DNA of 55,634 nt from Phenylobacterium sp. (GTDB lineage: Bacteria > Pseudomonadota > Alphaproteobacteria > Caulobacterales > Caulobacteraceae), in assembly GCF_031181185.1 (NCBI RefSeq), contig NZ_JAPSKZ010000001.1, forward strand, positions 1 to 55,634. The letters run 5' to 3'. Positions within the stretch are counted from its first letter, which is position 1, and each line of letters starts with the position of its first letter. A program made the position numbers and the translations under genes. The notes under the pieces were generated by a model. The model had not been told where the DNA came from. It saw nothing but the letters and a program-made list of their open reading frames with translations, and did no database searches. Shown here piece by piece: positions 20,459 through 32,200 of this stretch.

Positions 20459-21610
20459 ATGCGATCGCTGCCGATCCTGCTGGCGGCCCTGGTGGCCGCG
20501 GGCCCCGCACTGGCCGCCAAGCCGCCGCCGGCCCCGCCCGTGCTGCCCATCGACGCCGGGCCTGACGCCTATCGCGAGCGCCTCGCGACCTACGGCGACC
20601 GCGACCGGGTGCTGAACCAGATGGAGATCGGCGCGCGGTCGTTCTGGAAGGGCGACCACGCCGCGTCGAAGGCGGCGCTGGACGACGCCATCGGCCAGAT
20701 CGGGGCGGTGTTCGGCAGCAATCCCGACGCGGCGAAGGCCCGGCAGCTCTGGTACGACGAGGGCTCGAAGACCTTCAAGGGCGAGCCCTACGAGCGGGCG
20801 ATGGTCTTCCTCTATCGGGGCCTGGGTTACCTGCGCGACGGCGACTTCGAGAACGCCCGGGCGGCGTTCCGCCAGGGTCAGATGCAGGACGCCTTCGCCG
20901 AGGAGAGCCAGAACCGGGCGGACTTCGGCCTGCTGGTGTTCCTGGAAGCCTGGGCCAGCCACCAGAACGGCGACGAGGACCTGCGCGACCAGGCCCTGGA
21001 GCAGCTCAAGAAGCTGCGGCCGGACTATCCCGGCATCGGCAAGGACCACGACACCCTGGTGCTGATCGAAACCGGGACCAGCCCCCGCAAGCTGGGAGAC
21101 GGGCTGGACCACAGCTACTTCGTCTATCGCCGGGGCAAGACGATCGCGGCGAACGGCGCCGAGGTGATCAAGGCGGGCCAGCCGATCGCCGCCTACCGGA
21201 TGGAGGACATCTACTGGCAGGCCTCGACCCGCGGCGGCCGCGAGGTGGACAAGATCCTGCAGGGCAAGGCGCAGTTCAAGGCCGGGACCGGCGCGGTGGG
21301 CTCGGTGCTCGCCGACGGGGTCAGCGCCTACAACGACGTGGCCGGCGCGAGCACGGCGGGCGCGGCGGTGGGCGCCGTGGCGGGCGTGTTCCTGATCGTG
21401 TCGTCCAGCACCAAGCCTCAGGCCGACACGCGCTACTGGTCCTCGCTGCCCGACGCCGTGCACGTGCTGACCTTCGCGTCCAAGGGCAAGCCGCCGCCGC
21501 TCTCGGCGCGCTTCCTGAAGGACGGGCAGCCGGCCGCCACGCCCGAGACGCCGATCGCCTGCGAAAGCTTCGAGACCCGCAAACACCTCTGCCTGGCGCG
21601 CGCCTACTAG
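20459..21610 (+). CDS. COG3014-like exported TPR-type protein
   Basis: FKGEPYERAM, GDFENARA, ADTRYWSSLP; signal peptide. Confidence 0.75.
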   Translation: MRSLPILLAALVAAGPALAAKPPPAPPVLPIDAGPDAYRERLATYGDRDRVLNQMEIGARSFWKGDHAASKAALDDAIGQIGAVFGSNPDAAKARQLWYDEGSKTFKGEPYERAMVFLYRGLGYLRDGDFENARAAFRQGQMQDAFAEESQNRADFGLLVFLEAWASHQNGDEDLRDQALEQLKKLRPDYPGIGKDHDTLVLIETGTSPRKLGDGLDHSYFVYRRGKTIAANGAEVIKAGQPIAAYRMEDIYWQASTRGGREVDKILQGKAQFKAGTGAVGSVLADGVSAYNDVAGASTAGAAVGAVAGVFLIVSSSTKPQADTRYWSSLPDAVHVLTFASKGKPPPLSARFLKDGQPAATPETPIACESFETRKHLCLARAY

Positions 21611-21632
21611 CCCGCGTCCGGCCCAGAAAGGC

Positions 21633-22097
21633 ATGATCCCGATGAAGACCAACGCCCTTCGCGCCGCCGCCGCCCTCGTCGCTCTGGGCGCGCTGGCCGG
21701 CTGCGCCACGACCCAAGGCCCCGAAGGCGGCGTGCGGATCGACCAGCAGAACAACGTCCGCCCGGCGCTGAACTCTGTGCGGGTGATCGACGGGTCGCTG
21801 GCCCGCTACATCGGCCGCAACGCCAAGGTGGACAGCGCGCTGGACGTGGAAGGGACCTATGTGACGCCGGGCCCCACGGGGCTGTCCAAGCTGACCGTCC
21901 AACTGCGCAACAAGACCAACTACGCGATCCCGCTGGAGGTGCGCGCCTCGTGGTTCGACGCGAACGGCGCGCCGACGGATGCGGCCGCCTCGTGGACCAA
22001 GCTGTTCGCCCAGCCGCAGGCGATGGTCACCTTCGAGACCTCGTCCATCAAGCCGGCCTCGGCGCAGTACTACGTCGAGGTGCGGGGCGCCCAATGA
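21633..22097 (+). CDS. YcfL/DUF1425-like lipoprotein
   Basis: Lipobox LAGC; LRN...EVRASWFDANG...W Ig-like pattern. Confidence 0.75.
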   Translation: MIPMKTNALRAAAALVALGALAGCATTQGPEGGVRIDQQNNVRPALNSVRVIDGSLARYIGRNAKVDSALDVEGTYVTPGPTGLSKLTVQLRNKTNYAIPLEVRASWFDANGAPTDAAASWTKLFAQPQAMVTFETSSIKPASAQYYVEVRGAQ

Positions 22098-22951
22098 CCA
22101 AGATCCTGATCCCGTTCGGGCTGATCACGCTGGCGCTGGCGGTGGTGCTGGCGGCCCCGGCGGCCAGCCAGCCGCGGGCCGCTGCGCCCGATCCGGGCTA
22201 CCGGTCGAACATGCCGGCCGTGAACCCGGCGGCGCCCAGGGTCGATCCGGACGCGCCGAACCATGGCGCGGCGGGCGCCTTCTCGGACTGGAACGCCCGC
22301 AACGGGCGGCCCAGCATCCTGGTGTTCTGGAACCGCGAGCTGACCGAGGACGGGACGACGCTGCACGACAGCGTCACGGCCACGCGGGCCGACGGCTCCG
22401 CCGAGAAGGGCGCCTTCGTCGCCCGCGGCCGCGGGGTGACGGTGGCGGGATCGGCGGCGGCCGCGACGGTGACGTCCGAGACCCGCACCTATCAGGAACG
22501 CACGACCGACAGCCGCTACGGCTTCCGCGACGACGTCTTCGCCAAGCAGGTGGAGTCGGCGATGCTGGGGACGTTCCTCTCCGCCGGGGCGCGGGTGATG
22601 GACCGCGAGTCGCTGATCCGGAACCTGTCGGCGGGCAAGTCGCGGGACGAGCGGCTGGACATCCAGCACCTGGAGACCGTCGCGCTGAAGCAGGGTGTGA
22701 AGTACCTGGTGGAGGTGCTGCCGGACAATTCGGCGGCCTCGGCGACGGGCGTCAGCTTCACGGTGAAGATCACCCACCTGCCCACGTCGACGGTGCGCGG
22801 GCAATTCGTCACCACGGGCGAGCCGCCGCGCGGCCCGACCCGGCTGGTCGCCGGCCCCTCGGGCTTCGAGCGCCGAGCGGCCGAGGGCCGCGCCACGCCC
22901 GAGCTGATCGGCGCCCAGGTGGCCTACGAGGCGATGGGGCGGCTGCGCTGA
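22094..22951 (+). CDS. Exported protein with probable CsgG/TolB-N-like fold
   Basis: Signal peptide, GRPSILVF, AGARVMDR, GVKYLVEV; ATGA overlap. Confidence 0.7.
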   Translation: MTKILIPFGLITLALAVVLAAPAASQPRAAAPDPGYRSNMPAVNPAAPRVDPDAPNHGAAGAFSDWNARNGRPSILVFWNRELTEDGTTLHDSVTATRADGSAEKGAFVARGRGVTVAGSAAAATVTSETRTYQERTTDSRYGFRDDVFAKQVESAMLGTFLSAGARVMDRESLIRNLSAGKSRDERLDIQHLETVALKQGVKYLVEVLPDNSAASATGVSFTVKITHLPTSTVRGQFVTTGEPPRGPTRLVAGPSGFERRAAEGRATPELIGAQVAYEAMGRLR

Positions 22952-22994
22952 CGCGCGCGCTTGCGGCGGCCTCCGAACCCGCTACCTAGCGGGG

Positions 22995-23300
22995 ATGCAG
23001 GCGGCGGACGCGAAGACGGTGACCACGGGCTGGCTCGTGGGGGTGATGCTCGAGATCGAGGGCGAGCGCGCGCCGCTGCGCCACTACTTCGCCGTGGGAC
23101 ACGCCGACCAGGGCCGGGCCGAATGGACGGCGGTCGACCGGGCGATCACCGTGGGGCGCGTCACCACGAGCCCGATCGGCGGCATCGAGCCGGTGCAGGC
23201 GCTGAAGGCGCTGACGGCGCAACGCATGAAGACACTGGGGCTCGCGAACGGCGAGGTCCGCGCGTTGGGCGTCAACCATCCGAGGCGCTGGCTAGCCTAG
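22995..23300 (+). CDS. Hypothetical protein (101 aa)
   Basis: Host-like codon use; stop overlaps convergent luxR gene. Confidence 0.75.
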   Translation: MQAADAKTVTTGWLVGVMLEIEGERAPLRHYFAVGHADQGRAEWTAVDRAITVGRVTTSPIGGIEPVQALKALTAQRMKTLGLANGEVRALGVNHPRRWLA

Positions 23301-24463
23301 CGCAGGCGGTTGAGCTTGGCGGCGAGTTCGCCGGTCCGGCGGACGCCCAGCTTGGCGAACAGGCTCTTCACCTGGCTGCGGACGGTCTCCACCGAGGCGC
23401 CGCGGCCGGCGGCGATGGCTTCGCGGCTGTCGCCTTCGGCCAGACGCAGGGCCACGTCGGCCTCGGACTCGGTGAGCCCGAAGGCGGCCCGCAGGTGCTG
23501 GGAGAAGGCCACGTCCTGACGCGAGACTCCGCGCAGGGTGGCCAGCACGGCGGGCTGAAAGCCCAGGGCGTGCTCGCGGGCGGGCAGGGACATCAGGTCG
23601 ACCAGCACGGGCGAGAGCGGGTCTTCCTCGCGGCGCAGGACGAGCGTGCGGCTGGCGCGCGGGCGCGCGGAATGCCGGGCGCGGAGCAGGCCGTCGAAGG
23701 CGATCTCGAGCGCGCGGCCGTCTTCGTGGCGGGCCGCGGCCAGACGCTGGTCGCGCAGGCGCACCGGACCGGCGGAAAGCGCAGCCTCGGCGGCCGGGGT
23801 CATGGCCCGGACACGGCCCGAGGCGTCGCAGACAAAGGCCGCCGCGCCGACGGCCTCGAGGGCGCCGGCCATGAGGGCGGCGCCCTGGCCCTCCAGCGTC
23901 ATCTGCAGCCGCACGGCGTCGCGGACGTGGGGGACGAGGGATTCGAAGGCGCGACGATCGTCGGGGGAAGGCAGGCCCCGGCTGGCGCCCCGCAGGGTGG
24001 ACATGCCGATCAGCATCTCGCTGTCGCGCATCAGCGTCGCCTGGCTGCCGAAGGGGAAGTCGTAGCGGATGGCGAGTTCGCAGTACTCCGGCGCGCGCCG
24101 TTGCTCAGCCTCGCTCAGACAGTCCAGGTCGTGCCAGGCCTTCAGGAGCGGCGCGGTGATCCCGTGCCGGACGCGCGGATTGCGCGCTGGATCGCCGCCG
24201 CCCATGGCTACGAACTCGGCGAGCGGCTCGGGCGGCATGCCGTAGATCCAGTTGAAAGGCACCGCCTTGTCCGCGCCGATCCCGATCAGCTGACCCCGGT
24301 CAGCTCCACACGCTTCGGCCAGGCGCCCGAGGGCCTGCAGCCAGTCGCCGCCGAGCGCCGCCTGGCTGAAGCCGTCGGCGATCGACAGCCATTCCTCGCC
24401 ACGTGGGATCACGAACGCCGACCCGCACGCCTCCGCCGGCCGGAAACCCGGCCGGAACGCCAC
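23297..24463 (-). CDS. LuxR-family regulator (sensor/PAS-like + C-terminal HTH); start may be GTG 24412
   Basis: FGLTESEADVA...SVETVRSQVKSLFAKLGV. Confidence 0.9.
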   Translation of the reverse strand: MAFRPGFRPAEACGSAFVIPRGEEWLSIADGFSQAALGGDWLQALGRLAEACGADRGQLIGIGADKAVPFNWIYGMPPEPLAEFVAMGGGDPARNPRVRHGITAPLLKAWHDLDCLSEAEQRRAPEYCELAIRYDFPFGSQATLMRDSEMLIGMSTLRGASRGLPSPDDRRAFESLVPHVRDAVRLQMTLEGQGAALMAGALEAVGAAAFVCDASGRVRAMTPAAEAALSAGPVRLRDQRLAAARHEDGRALEIAFDGLLRARHSARPRASRTLVLRREEDPLSPVLVDLMSLPAREHALGFQPAVLATLRGVSRQDVAFSQHLRAAFGLTESEADVALRLAEGDSREAIAAGRGASVETVRSQVKSLFAKLGVRRTGELAAKLNRLR

Positions 24464-24534
24464 AAATACATGTGCTTAAGCCCCCAAAAGCGGGCGTAAC
24501 GTGTTCGACGAATGCCGAGCCGTCAACGGTGACG

Positions 24535-24550
24535 TCACCCTTTTGGGGGA
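24535..24550. promoter_or_regulatory. Palindrome TCACCC-TTTT-GGGGGA (copy 2, one mismatch)
   Basis: Upstream of the luxR gene; degenerate copy at 24480-24495. Confidence 0.55.
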
Positions 24551-24597
24551 AGCAGGGGCCGGCGGCGCCTAGCTAGGCTGGCCGATGCATGGAGCGC

Positions 24598-24975
24598 CTA
24601 GCGATTTGGCAGCAGTGTCCGGAGCTCGGCCTGCCGGCGCACGCCGGTCTTCGTGAAGATCGACTTCAGGTGCGTGCGCACCGTGCTTTCGGCCACGCCC
24701 AGCGTCTGGGCGCAGGTGGCGACCGAGCCGCCGTCGATCAGGTGCAGCGCGATCCGGGTCTCCTGGGGCGAGAGCCGGTGGGTCTCGCGCAGGAGGTCCT
24801 CGCGGGCGCCGCCGGCGCGTTCCAGCGCCAGACCCATGGCGCGGGCGACGGCGCGGACCGTCGGGTGGCCCGAGTCGTAGGCGGCCTTCAAGCGTGGGAT
24901 GATGCTGGGATAGAGCTTGGCGTACGCGGCGGCCGGCTTCAGCAGGCGCTGGTCGAAAGCCTCGTCGTCGCTCAT
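24598..24975 (-). CDS. Short LuxR-type HTH protein without sensor domain
   Basis: LSPQETRIA...AESTVRTHLKSIFTKTGVRRQAEL; GGAG RBS. Confidence 0.85.
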   Translation of the reverse strand: MSDDEAFDQRLLKPAAAYAKLYPSIIPRLKAAYDSGHPTVRAVARAMGLALERAGGAREDLLRETHRLSPQETRIALHLIDGGSVATCAQTLGVAESTVRTHLKSIFTKTGVRRQAELRTLLPNR

Positions 24976-25064
24976 TGTCCCGCTCCAGTGGGGAGTTGGG
25001 GGTAGTAATGAGCGTAGCGTACGGCGTTGGCGAGTCCTGTGTCGGGCGCCTGGAGGTCCAGAGC

Positions 25065-26048
25065 ATGGACCGCGGCGGCGGATTGGGGCTGAAGTCCGCG
25101 GCCCGCCGGTGGGCCAACCGCACCATGCAGTGGCTGGTGACGCGCTCGATGCGGCAGGGCGTCCGGGCGCATGCCGAGGGACGCGACGCGTTCCTGGCCT
25201 ACGTCGAGCGCCAGCGGCGGATGCACTATCTGACCGACGCGCCGATCCTGCCGATGATGGAGGCCGAGGCCGTGCGGGTGGCGGGGCCGGGCGTCCTGTC
25301 GTCGCCGCCGGCGCCTTCCGAGTGGTTCGCGCCGAAGAGCCGCAAGCCGCGGGGCCATGTGTTCTACGTCCACGGCGGTTCGTTCGTGGCCGAGCGCAGC
25401 CCGAGGATCACCCAGCTGGTCGCGCGGTTCGCCGCCACCGCCGAGGCCCAGGTGTTCGCGCCCAGCTATCGCCTCGCGCCCGAGCACCCCTGTCCCGCCG
25501 CGGTGGACGACATCGTCGCGGCCTGGGCATGGTTCCTCGATCAGTACCCCGACGAGCCGGTCGTGGCCCTGGCGGAGTCCGCCGGGACCGCGGTGCTGCT
25601 GTCGGCGCTGCAGCAGGCGCGGGAGAAGGGCCTCGGCCTGCCGGCCGGGATCGTCCTGCTGTCGCCGTGGGTCGATTTGTCGCTGCAGAGCTGGAGCGTG
25701 ACGGCGGCCTCGCTGGCCGGGACCACGCCCTACACCATGGAGAGCCTGGCGCTGGTGGCGCGCTTCTACCTGGACGGTATGAGCGCGACCGATCCGCTGG
25801 CCTCGCCGCTGTTCGGCTCGTTCGAGGGCTTTCCGCCGATGCTGATCCACGCCAGCAAGGGCGACATCCTCTACGACGACGCCGTGCGCCTGGCCGAGAA
25901 GGTGCGCGACGCCGGCGGCGATCTGACCGTGCGGCTGTGGACCGACGAGACCCACGTGTGGGAGCGGATGAACACGCCCAAGGCCAAGGAGTCGATCCTG
26001 CTGGCGGCCGACTTCATCCGTCGCCGCCTGGACGCGGCGCTGAACTGA
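25065..26048 (+). CDS. Alpha/beta hydrolase, HSL-like esterase
   Basis: HGGSF, YRLAPEHP, AESAG nucleophile elbow, SPWVD, HVW; GGAGG before ATG 25065. Confidence 0.92.
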   Translation: MDRGGGLGLKSAARRWANRTMQWLVTRSMRQGVRAHAEGRDAFLAYVERQRRMHYLTDAPILPMMEAEAVRVAGPGVLSSPPAPSEWFAPKSRKPRGHVFYVHGGSFVAERSPRITQLVARFAATAEAQVFAPSYRLAPEHPCPAAVDDIVAAWAWFLDQYPDEPVVALAESAGTAVLLSALQQAREKGLGLPAGIVLLSPWVDLSLQSWSVTAASLAGTTPYTMESLALVARFYLDGMSATDPLASPLFGSFEGFPPMLIHASKGDILYDDAVRLAEKVRDAGGDLTVRLWTDETHVWERMNTPKAKESILLAADFIRRRLDAALN

Positions 26049-26107
26049 CTGTCGCAGGCGAGCGGCTTCAGCCGCCGGTTGCTGTCCCCCTCCGCCGAAC
26101 TGTCGCA

Positions 26108-26127
26108 CCTCCCCCAAATGGGGGAGG
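26108..26127. promoter_or_regulatory. Palindrome CCTCCCCC-AAAT-GGGGGAGG (copy 3)
   Basis: About 130 nt upstream of the RTX gene ATG. Confidence 0.65.
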
Positions 26128-26257
26128 CGGGGCCTGTATTGCTCCAATAACGTCGCTCTCAAGGGGGAGAGTTTCGCCAAAAAAACCGGCGTTCTCTCAG
26201 TAACTCGCGCGCGGCGAGGCGATCTTGCGCGCGCTCAATCGGTAGTGGGTGGGGCAG

Positions 26258-29200
26258 ATGGCTGATTTCAACGGGACGCCGGGCGCGGATAATCACGTCG
26301 GCGACGGTCAAGACGACCTGATTTCGGGCCTGGCCGGCAACGATACGTTGGACGGCGCCGCTGGAAACGACACCCTATCCGGCGACGAGGGAAACGACCG
26401 GCTGCTCGGCGAAGACGGCCACGACTCCATCAGCGGCGGCGCCGACACGGACTACATTCGCGGCGGCGACGGCAACGACACGCTCGACGGCGGCGCGGGC
26501 CGTGACCAGGTGACCTACTTCGGCGCGGTCGGCGGCGTGAGCGTGAGCCTGGCCGCGGGCACGGCGACGGGCTGGGGCGTCGACGCGCTCAGCAACATCG
26601 AGAACCTGACCGGCTCGAACCACAACGACACGCTGGTTGGGGACGATGGCGACAACTGGATCTGGGCCACCGGGGGGACGGACAGCATCGCGGGCGGCGG
26701 CGGCAACGACCTGCTGCACGTGGGCAACGGGAGCCACACCGTGGACGGCGGCGACGGCGTGGACACGCTCGGATTCTATTCCGAGACGCTGACCGGTCCG
26801 GTGAACGTCACCCTCGCCAACCAGTCGGGCCCGCAGAACACCCTGCAGGGCACGATGACCCTGACCGGCATCGAGAACCTGTCCGGTGTGGCCAACCTCG
26901 TCGGTGGTGACACCCTGACCGGCAACGACGGCGCGAACGTGCTGGCCGGCTGGGACGGCGCGGACTCGCTTTCGGGCGGCGACGGCGCCGACACCCTGCT
27001 GGGCGACGGCGTGATCCACCCTGACGTGAACGGGGTGGTGACGGTCTACCAAGACGACGGCGCCAACGCGAATGACACCCTCAACGGCGGCAATGGCGTG
27101 GACACCCTGGTGGGTGGCGGCGGCGACGACCTGCTGATCGCCGGCCTGGGCGCGGACGCCCTCGACGGCGGCGCCGGCAACGACACCGCAAACTTCGCGC
27201 CCGCGCCGGCGGCGGTGCGCGTGCGTCTCGCCAACGGCACGGTGGAGCTGTGGAACGGCTCGACCTGGACCGCGCATGGCACGATCACCGGCGTCGAGAA
27301 CGTGGTGACCGGCACGGCCGACGTCTGGGACGCGCTCTACGGCGACGGCGCGGCCAACAGCCTGTCGGCGGGCGGCGGCCACGACGCTCTTGTGGGCGAT
27401 GGCGGCAACGACACCCTGCGCGGCGGCGACGGCCAGGACTACCTCGTCGGCGGAGCCGGCGACGACGTGATCGACGGCGGCGCCGACATCGACCGGGTCT
27501 CCTACACGGGCGCCGGCGCGGGCGTGAACGTCGACCTGCGGATCCAGGGCGCGACCCAGGACACCGGCGGCGCCGGCGTCGACACGCTGATCGGCATCGA
27601 GCAGGTCTCGGGCAGCAGCCACAACGACACGCTCACGGGCGACAACGGCGACAACTTCATCTCCGGCGGCGCCGGCGGAAGCGACAGCCTGGCCGGCGGG
27701 AACGGCAACGACCTGGTGATGGTCGCCAGCGGCTCGCATACGGCCGACGGCGGCGACGGGACCGACACGTTCAGCCTCGGCTTCGCGGCGGGCGGCGTCG
27801 CCTTCTCGCTGGCGGGCGGGGCGGGGCAGGTGACGGGCCAGGGCACGATCACCGCGACCAACTTCGAGAACCTGGCGGGTTCGTCCTATGCCGACACCCT
27901 GACCGGCGACAGCAACGCCAACCTGCTGGCGGGCGACGCGGGCGCCGACTCCCTGGCGGGCGGCAACGGCGCCGACACCCTGCTGGGCGACGCCTACCTG
28001 TACATCGACAACCCGGTCGAGAACGCCGGGCCCATCACGATCTTCGCGAATGGCGGCAACGGCGCCGACACCCTGACCGGCGGCGGCGGCAACGACACGC
28101 TGGACGGCGGCGCGGGCTCGGACACGGCGACGTTCTCGGGCGCGCGCGCGGACTACACCGTGAGCGTCAATGGCGGGACGATCACCGTCACCCACAACAA
28201 CGGCGGCGCCGACGGCGTCGACACCCTGACGAACATCGAGTTCCTGAGCTTCTCGGACGGCGTGGTTGACCCGAACGCTCCGGCGAGCGGCGGCACCGCA
28301 GGCGCCGACAGCCTGGCGGGCACGAGCGGCTCCGACACCCTCGAAGGGTTGGCCGGGAACGACACGCTCGACGGCGGCGGCGGCGCCGACAGCCTCGCGG
28401 GCGGCGACAATGACGACCGGCTCGTCGGCGGCGCAGGCGCGGACACGATGGCCGGCGGCGCGGGCAGCGACACGGCCGACTACACGACCGCCGGCGCATC
28501 CGTGAGCGTCAACCTGACGACCGGCGTGGGAGCCGTCTACAACGGCTCCACGTTCGTCAACGAAGACACGCTGAGCGGCATCGAGCACGTGGTCGCGGGC
28601 GGCGGCTGGGACCGTCTGGAAGGCGACGGCGGGGCGAACAGCCTGTCGGGCGGGGCCGGTCACGACGGCCTTTACGGACATGCAGGCGCCGACACGCTGG
28701 TGGCGGGGAGCGAGGACGACTTCCTCTCGGGCGGCGCCGGCGACGACATCCTGGACGGCGGGGCGGGCCTCGACCGCGCGGCTTTCAGCTCGGGCGCGAC
28801 GACGGGGGTGAACGTCACCCTAATGACGCAGGGCGTGGCCCAGAACACCAACCAGGGCCAGGACACCCTGATCGGCATCGAGCACGTCTCGGGAACCATC
28901 TACAACGACACCCTGGCCGGCAACGACGGCGACAACTGGGTGTGGGGCGGCTCGAACGGCTCGGGCGTCACGGGCAACGACAGCCTGTCCGGCGGCAACG
29001 GCAACGACCTGCTGCAGGTCGGCAACGGCAATCACACCGTCGACGGCGGCGCCGGCATCGACACGCTAAGCTTCAACGGCAACCCCACTGAAACGAGCAA
29101 CGACGTCTCGGGCGGCGTGGCTGTCTCGTTGGCGGTGAGCTCAGCACAGGGCTCCGGCGGCGTCACTGTCACGATCGTCGGCGCCAGCATCGAGAACCTC

Positions 29201-32200
29201 TCCGGCTCCACCCATGGGGACACCCTGACCGGTGACGCGGGCGCCAACGTTCTGGCGGGCTTCGCCGGCAACGACAGCCTAGTTGGCGGCGCCGGCAACG
29301 ACGTGCTGCTGGGCGATGGCCTGACCTCACCGACCAACGAGGTCGGCAACGGCGGCCTGATCGACACCTTCGACAACGAGAGCAACGGCAACGACACGGT
29401 CTCGGGCGGCGACGGGAACGACGACATCCTGGGCGGTGACGGGAACGACAACCTGGCTGGGGACGCCGGGAACGACACGATCTCGGGCGGCGTGGGCGCC
29501 GACACCCTGCTGGGCGGGGCGGGCGACGACGAGCTGGAGGGCGACGACGGCGACGACGTCCTGCAGACCTTCGGCCAGGGTGCGGCCAGCGGCGTCGACC
29601 AGCTGAGGGGCGGCAACGGCAACGACCTGCTGATCGCCGGCAACCTGACGAGCGTCACCGGCGGGGTGACCACGGTGGCGTCGGCCGACTTCGCCAGCAC
29701 CGTCTTGGACGGCGGCGCGGGCCTCGACTACCTGGGCGTGAACGGCCAAGTGTTCTTCCAGGGCGAGCTGGAGGACATGGAGGGCATCTCCTTCCTGGCC
29801 TTCCCGACCACGACCCTGCCGAACGGCACCGTCGTGAGCGCGGCCCCGCCGGTCCTGACGATGATGTCGAACGCCTTCGACTTCAACTTCGGCGGCAGCG
29901 ACTCGGGCGACGTCACCGTCCGCGGCAACGGCCAGATCAACATCCAGATGTTCGCGGGCGAAGCCTTCGACATGTCCGGCCTGGTCATCGAGGGCGGCGC
30001 CACCGTCGGCATCTTCATCCAGGGCGTGAGCGGCGCCGACACGATCACCGGCAGCGACTATCGCGACGTGATCGAGACCGGCACGGGCGCGGACTCCATC
30101 GTGGCCGGCGGCGGGGACGACTCCATCCTGGTCGGGCAGGGCGCGGGCCAGACGGCGACCGTCACCATGGGCGGCGGCCGGGACGCCATCATCTTCACCG
30201 ACGAGCACGACGGCGTCGTGGTCGTGACCGACTTCGTGGCGGGCGACGGCGGCGACGACCTGGTGCTGGAGGACTTTCTCGCGGCGTACGCGACCGGCTA
30301 CACCGAGGGCGCGAATCCGTTCGCCAGCGGCCACATCCGGATCCACCAGAACGGCCCGAACACCGAGCTGCAGTTCGACGCCAACGGCGGCGGCGACGCC
30401 TGGACCACAATCGCGGTCCTGCAGAACACCACGGTCGGCAGCTTCCACCCCTCCAACTTTGACGGCTTCGACCCGACGGCCACCGCCAGCGGCACGCCCA
30501 CTAGCGGCGCCGACAGCCTGACCGGCACGGCCAGCGGCGACAACATCGACGGCCTGGGCGGCGCCGACACCATCGCCGGCCAGATGGGCGACGACACGCT
30601 CCTCGGCGGCGAGGGGAACGACAACCTGGCCGGCGGCGGTGGGGCCGACAGCGTCTCGGGCGGGCTGGGCAACGACACCCTGAACGGCGGCGCCGACAAT
30701 GACCTGATCGACGGCGGCGACGGCGTCGACATGGTGGTCTTCGGCGGCAACGACCCGCTGACGGTCAACTTGTCGACGACGGGCCCGCAGACCATCAACG
30801 CCGCGCACGGCACGGACACGATCACGAACGTCGAAAACGTCGGCGGCAGCTTCGGCGACGACACGATCATCGGCAATTCGAGCGCCAACGTGCTGACGGG
30901 CGGCGCAACGGGCAACGACAGCCTGTCGGGCGCGGACGGCGACGACCTGCTGTTCGGCGGGGTCGGCAACGACACCATGGACGGCGGCGACGGCGTCGAC
31001 TTCGCGCTCTACACGGATGCGACCGGCAGCGTGAGCGTGGACCTCTCGGCGAGCGGTCCGCAGATGACCGGCTGGGGCGGCCAGGACACCCTGGTGAACG
31101 TCGAGGCGGTGGTCGGCGGCAACTTCAACGACACGCTGACCGGCAGCACCGGCGCAAACACCCTGAACGGCGGCGCGGGCGACGACCTGGTGGTCGTGCA
31201 GCAGGCCTCCGGCCAGACCCTGACCGCGACCCTGGGCGGGGGCGTCGATACGATCGAGATCGCGGCGACCTTCGCCGGCGCGGTGGTGGTCACCGACTTC
31301 GTGGCGGGCGCCGGCGGCGACGTGCTGGACCTGGAGGACCTGCTCGACACCACCAATTGGTCCGAGGCGCTGAACCCGTTCGCGACGGGCCACCTGCGGC
31401 TCACCCAGTCCGGTCCGGACACCCTGCTGCAGTTCGACGCCGACGGCGGCGGGAACAGCTGGACGACCATCGTCACCCTGCAGAACACCACCGCGAGCGC
31501 GTTCACGGCGGCCAACTTCGACGAGGGCTTCGACCCGAACTTCGTGAGCCCGACCGCCACCAGCGGCAACGACAGCCTGGTCGGGACCGGCGGCAACGAC
31601 CTGATCGACGGTCTGGCCGGCGACGACACCATCAACGGCGTCGCGGGTCTGGACAGCCTGGTCGGGGGGAACGGCAACGACAACCTGGCGGGTGACGGCG
31701 GCGCCGACACTCTGTCGGGCGGCCTCGGCAACGACACCCTGAACGGCGGCGGCGGCGACGACGCCGTCGACGGCGGCGACGGCGTCGACATGGTGGTGTT
31801 CGGCGGCAACGAGGCGCTGACCGTCAACCTGTCGACGGCGGGTCCGCAGACGATCAACACCGCGCATGGTTCGGACACGATCACCAACGTCGAGAACGTC
31901 GGCGGCGGCTTCGGCAACGACACGATCACCGGCGATTCGGGCGCGAACCTGCTGACCGGCGGCGCGACAGGCCACGACATCCTGTCGGGGGCGGGCGGCA
32001 ATGACCTGCTGTTCGGCGGCCTGGGCAACGACACGCTGGACGGCGGCGATGGCCTCGACTTCGCCGTGTACTCCGACGCGACGGGCAGCGTGGTCGTGGA
32101 CCTCTCGGTCAGTGGCGCGCAGAACACCGGCTGGGGCGGCCAGGACACGCTGATCAGCATCGAGGGCGTGGTCGGCGGCAACCACAACGACATCCTGATC

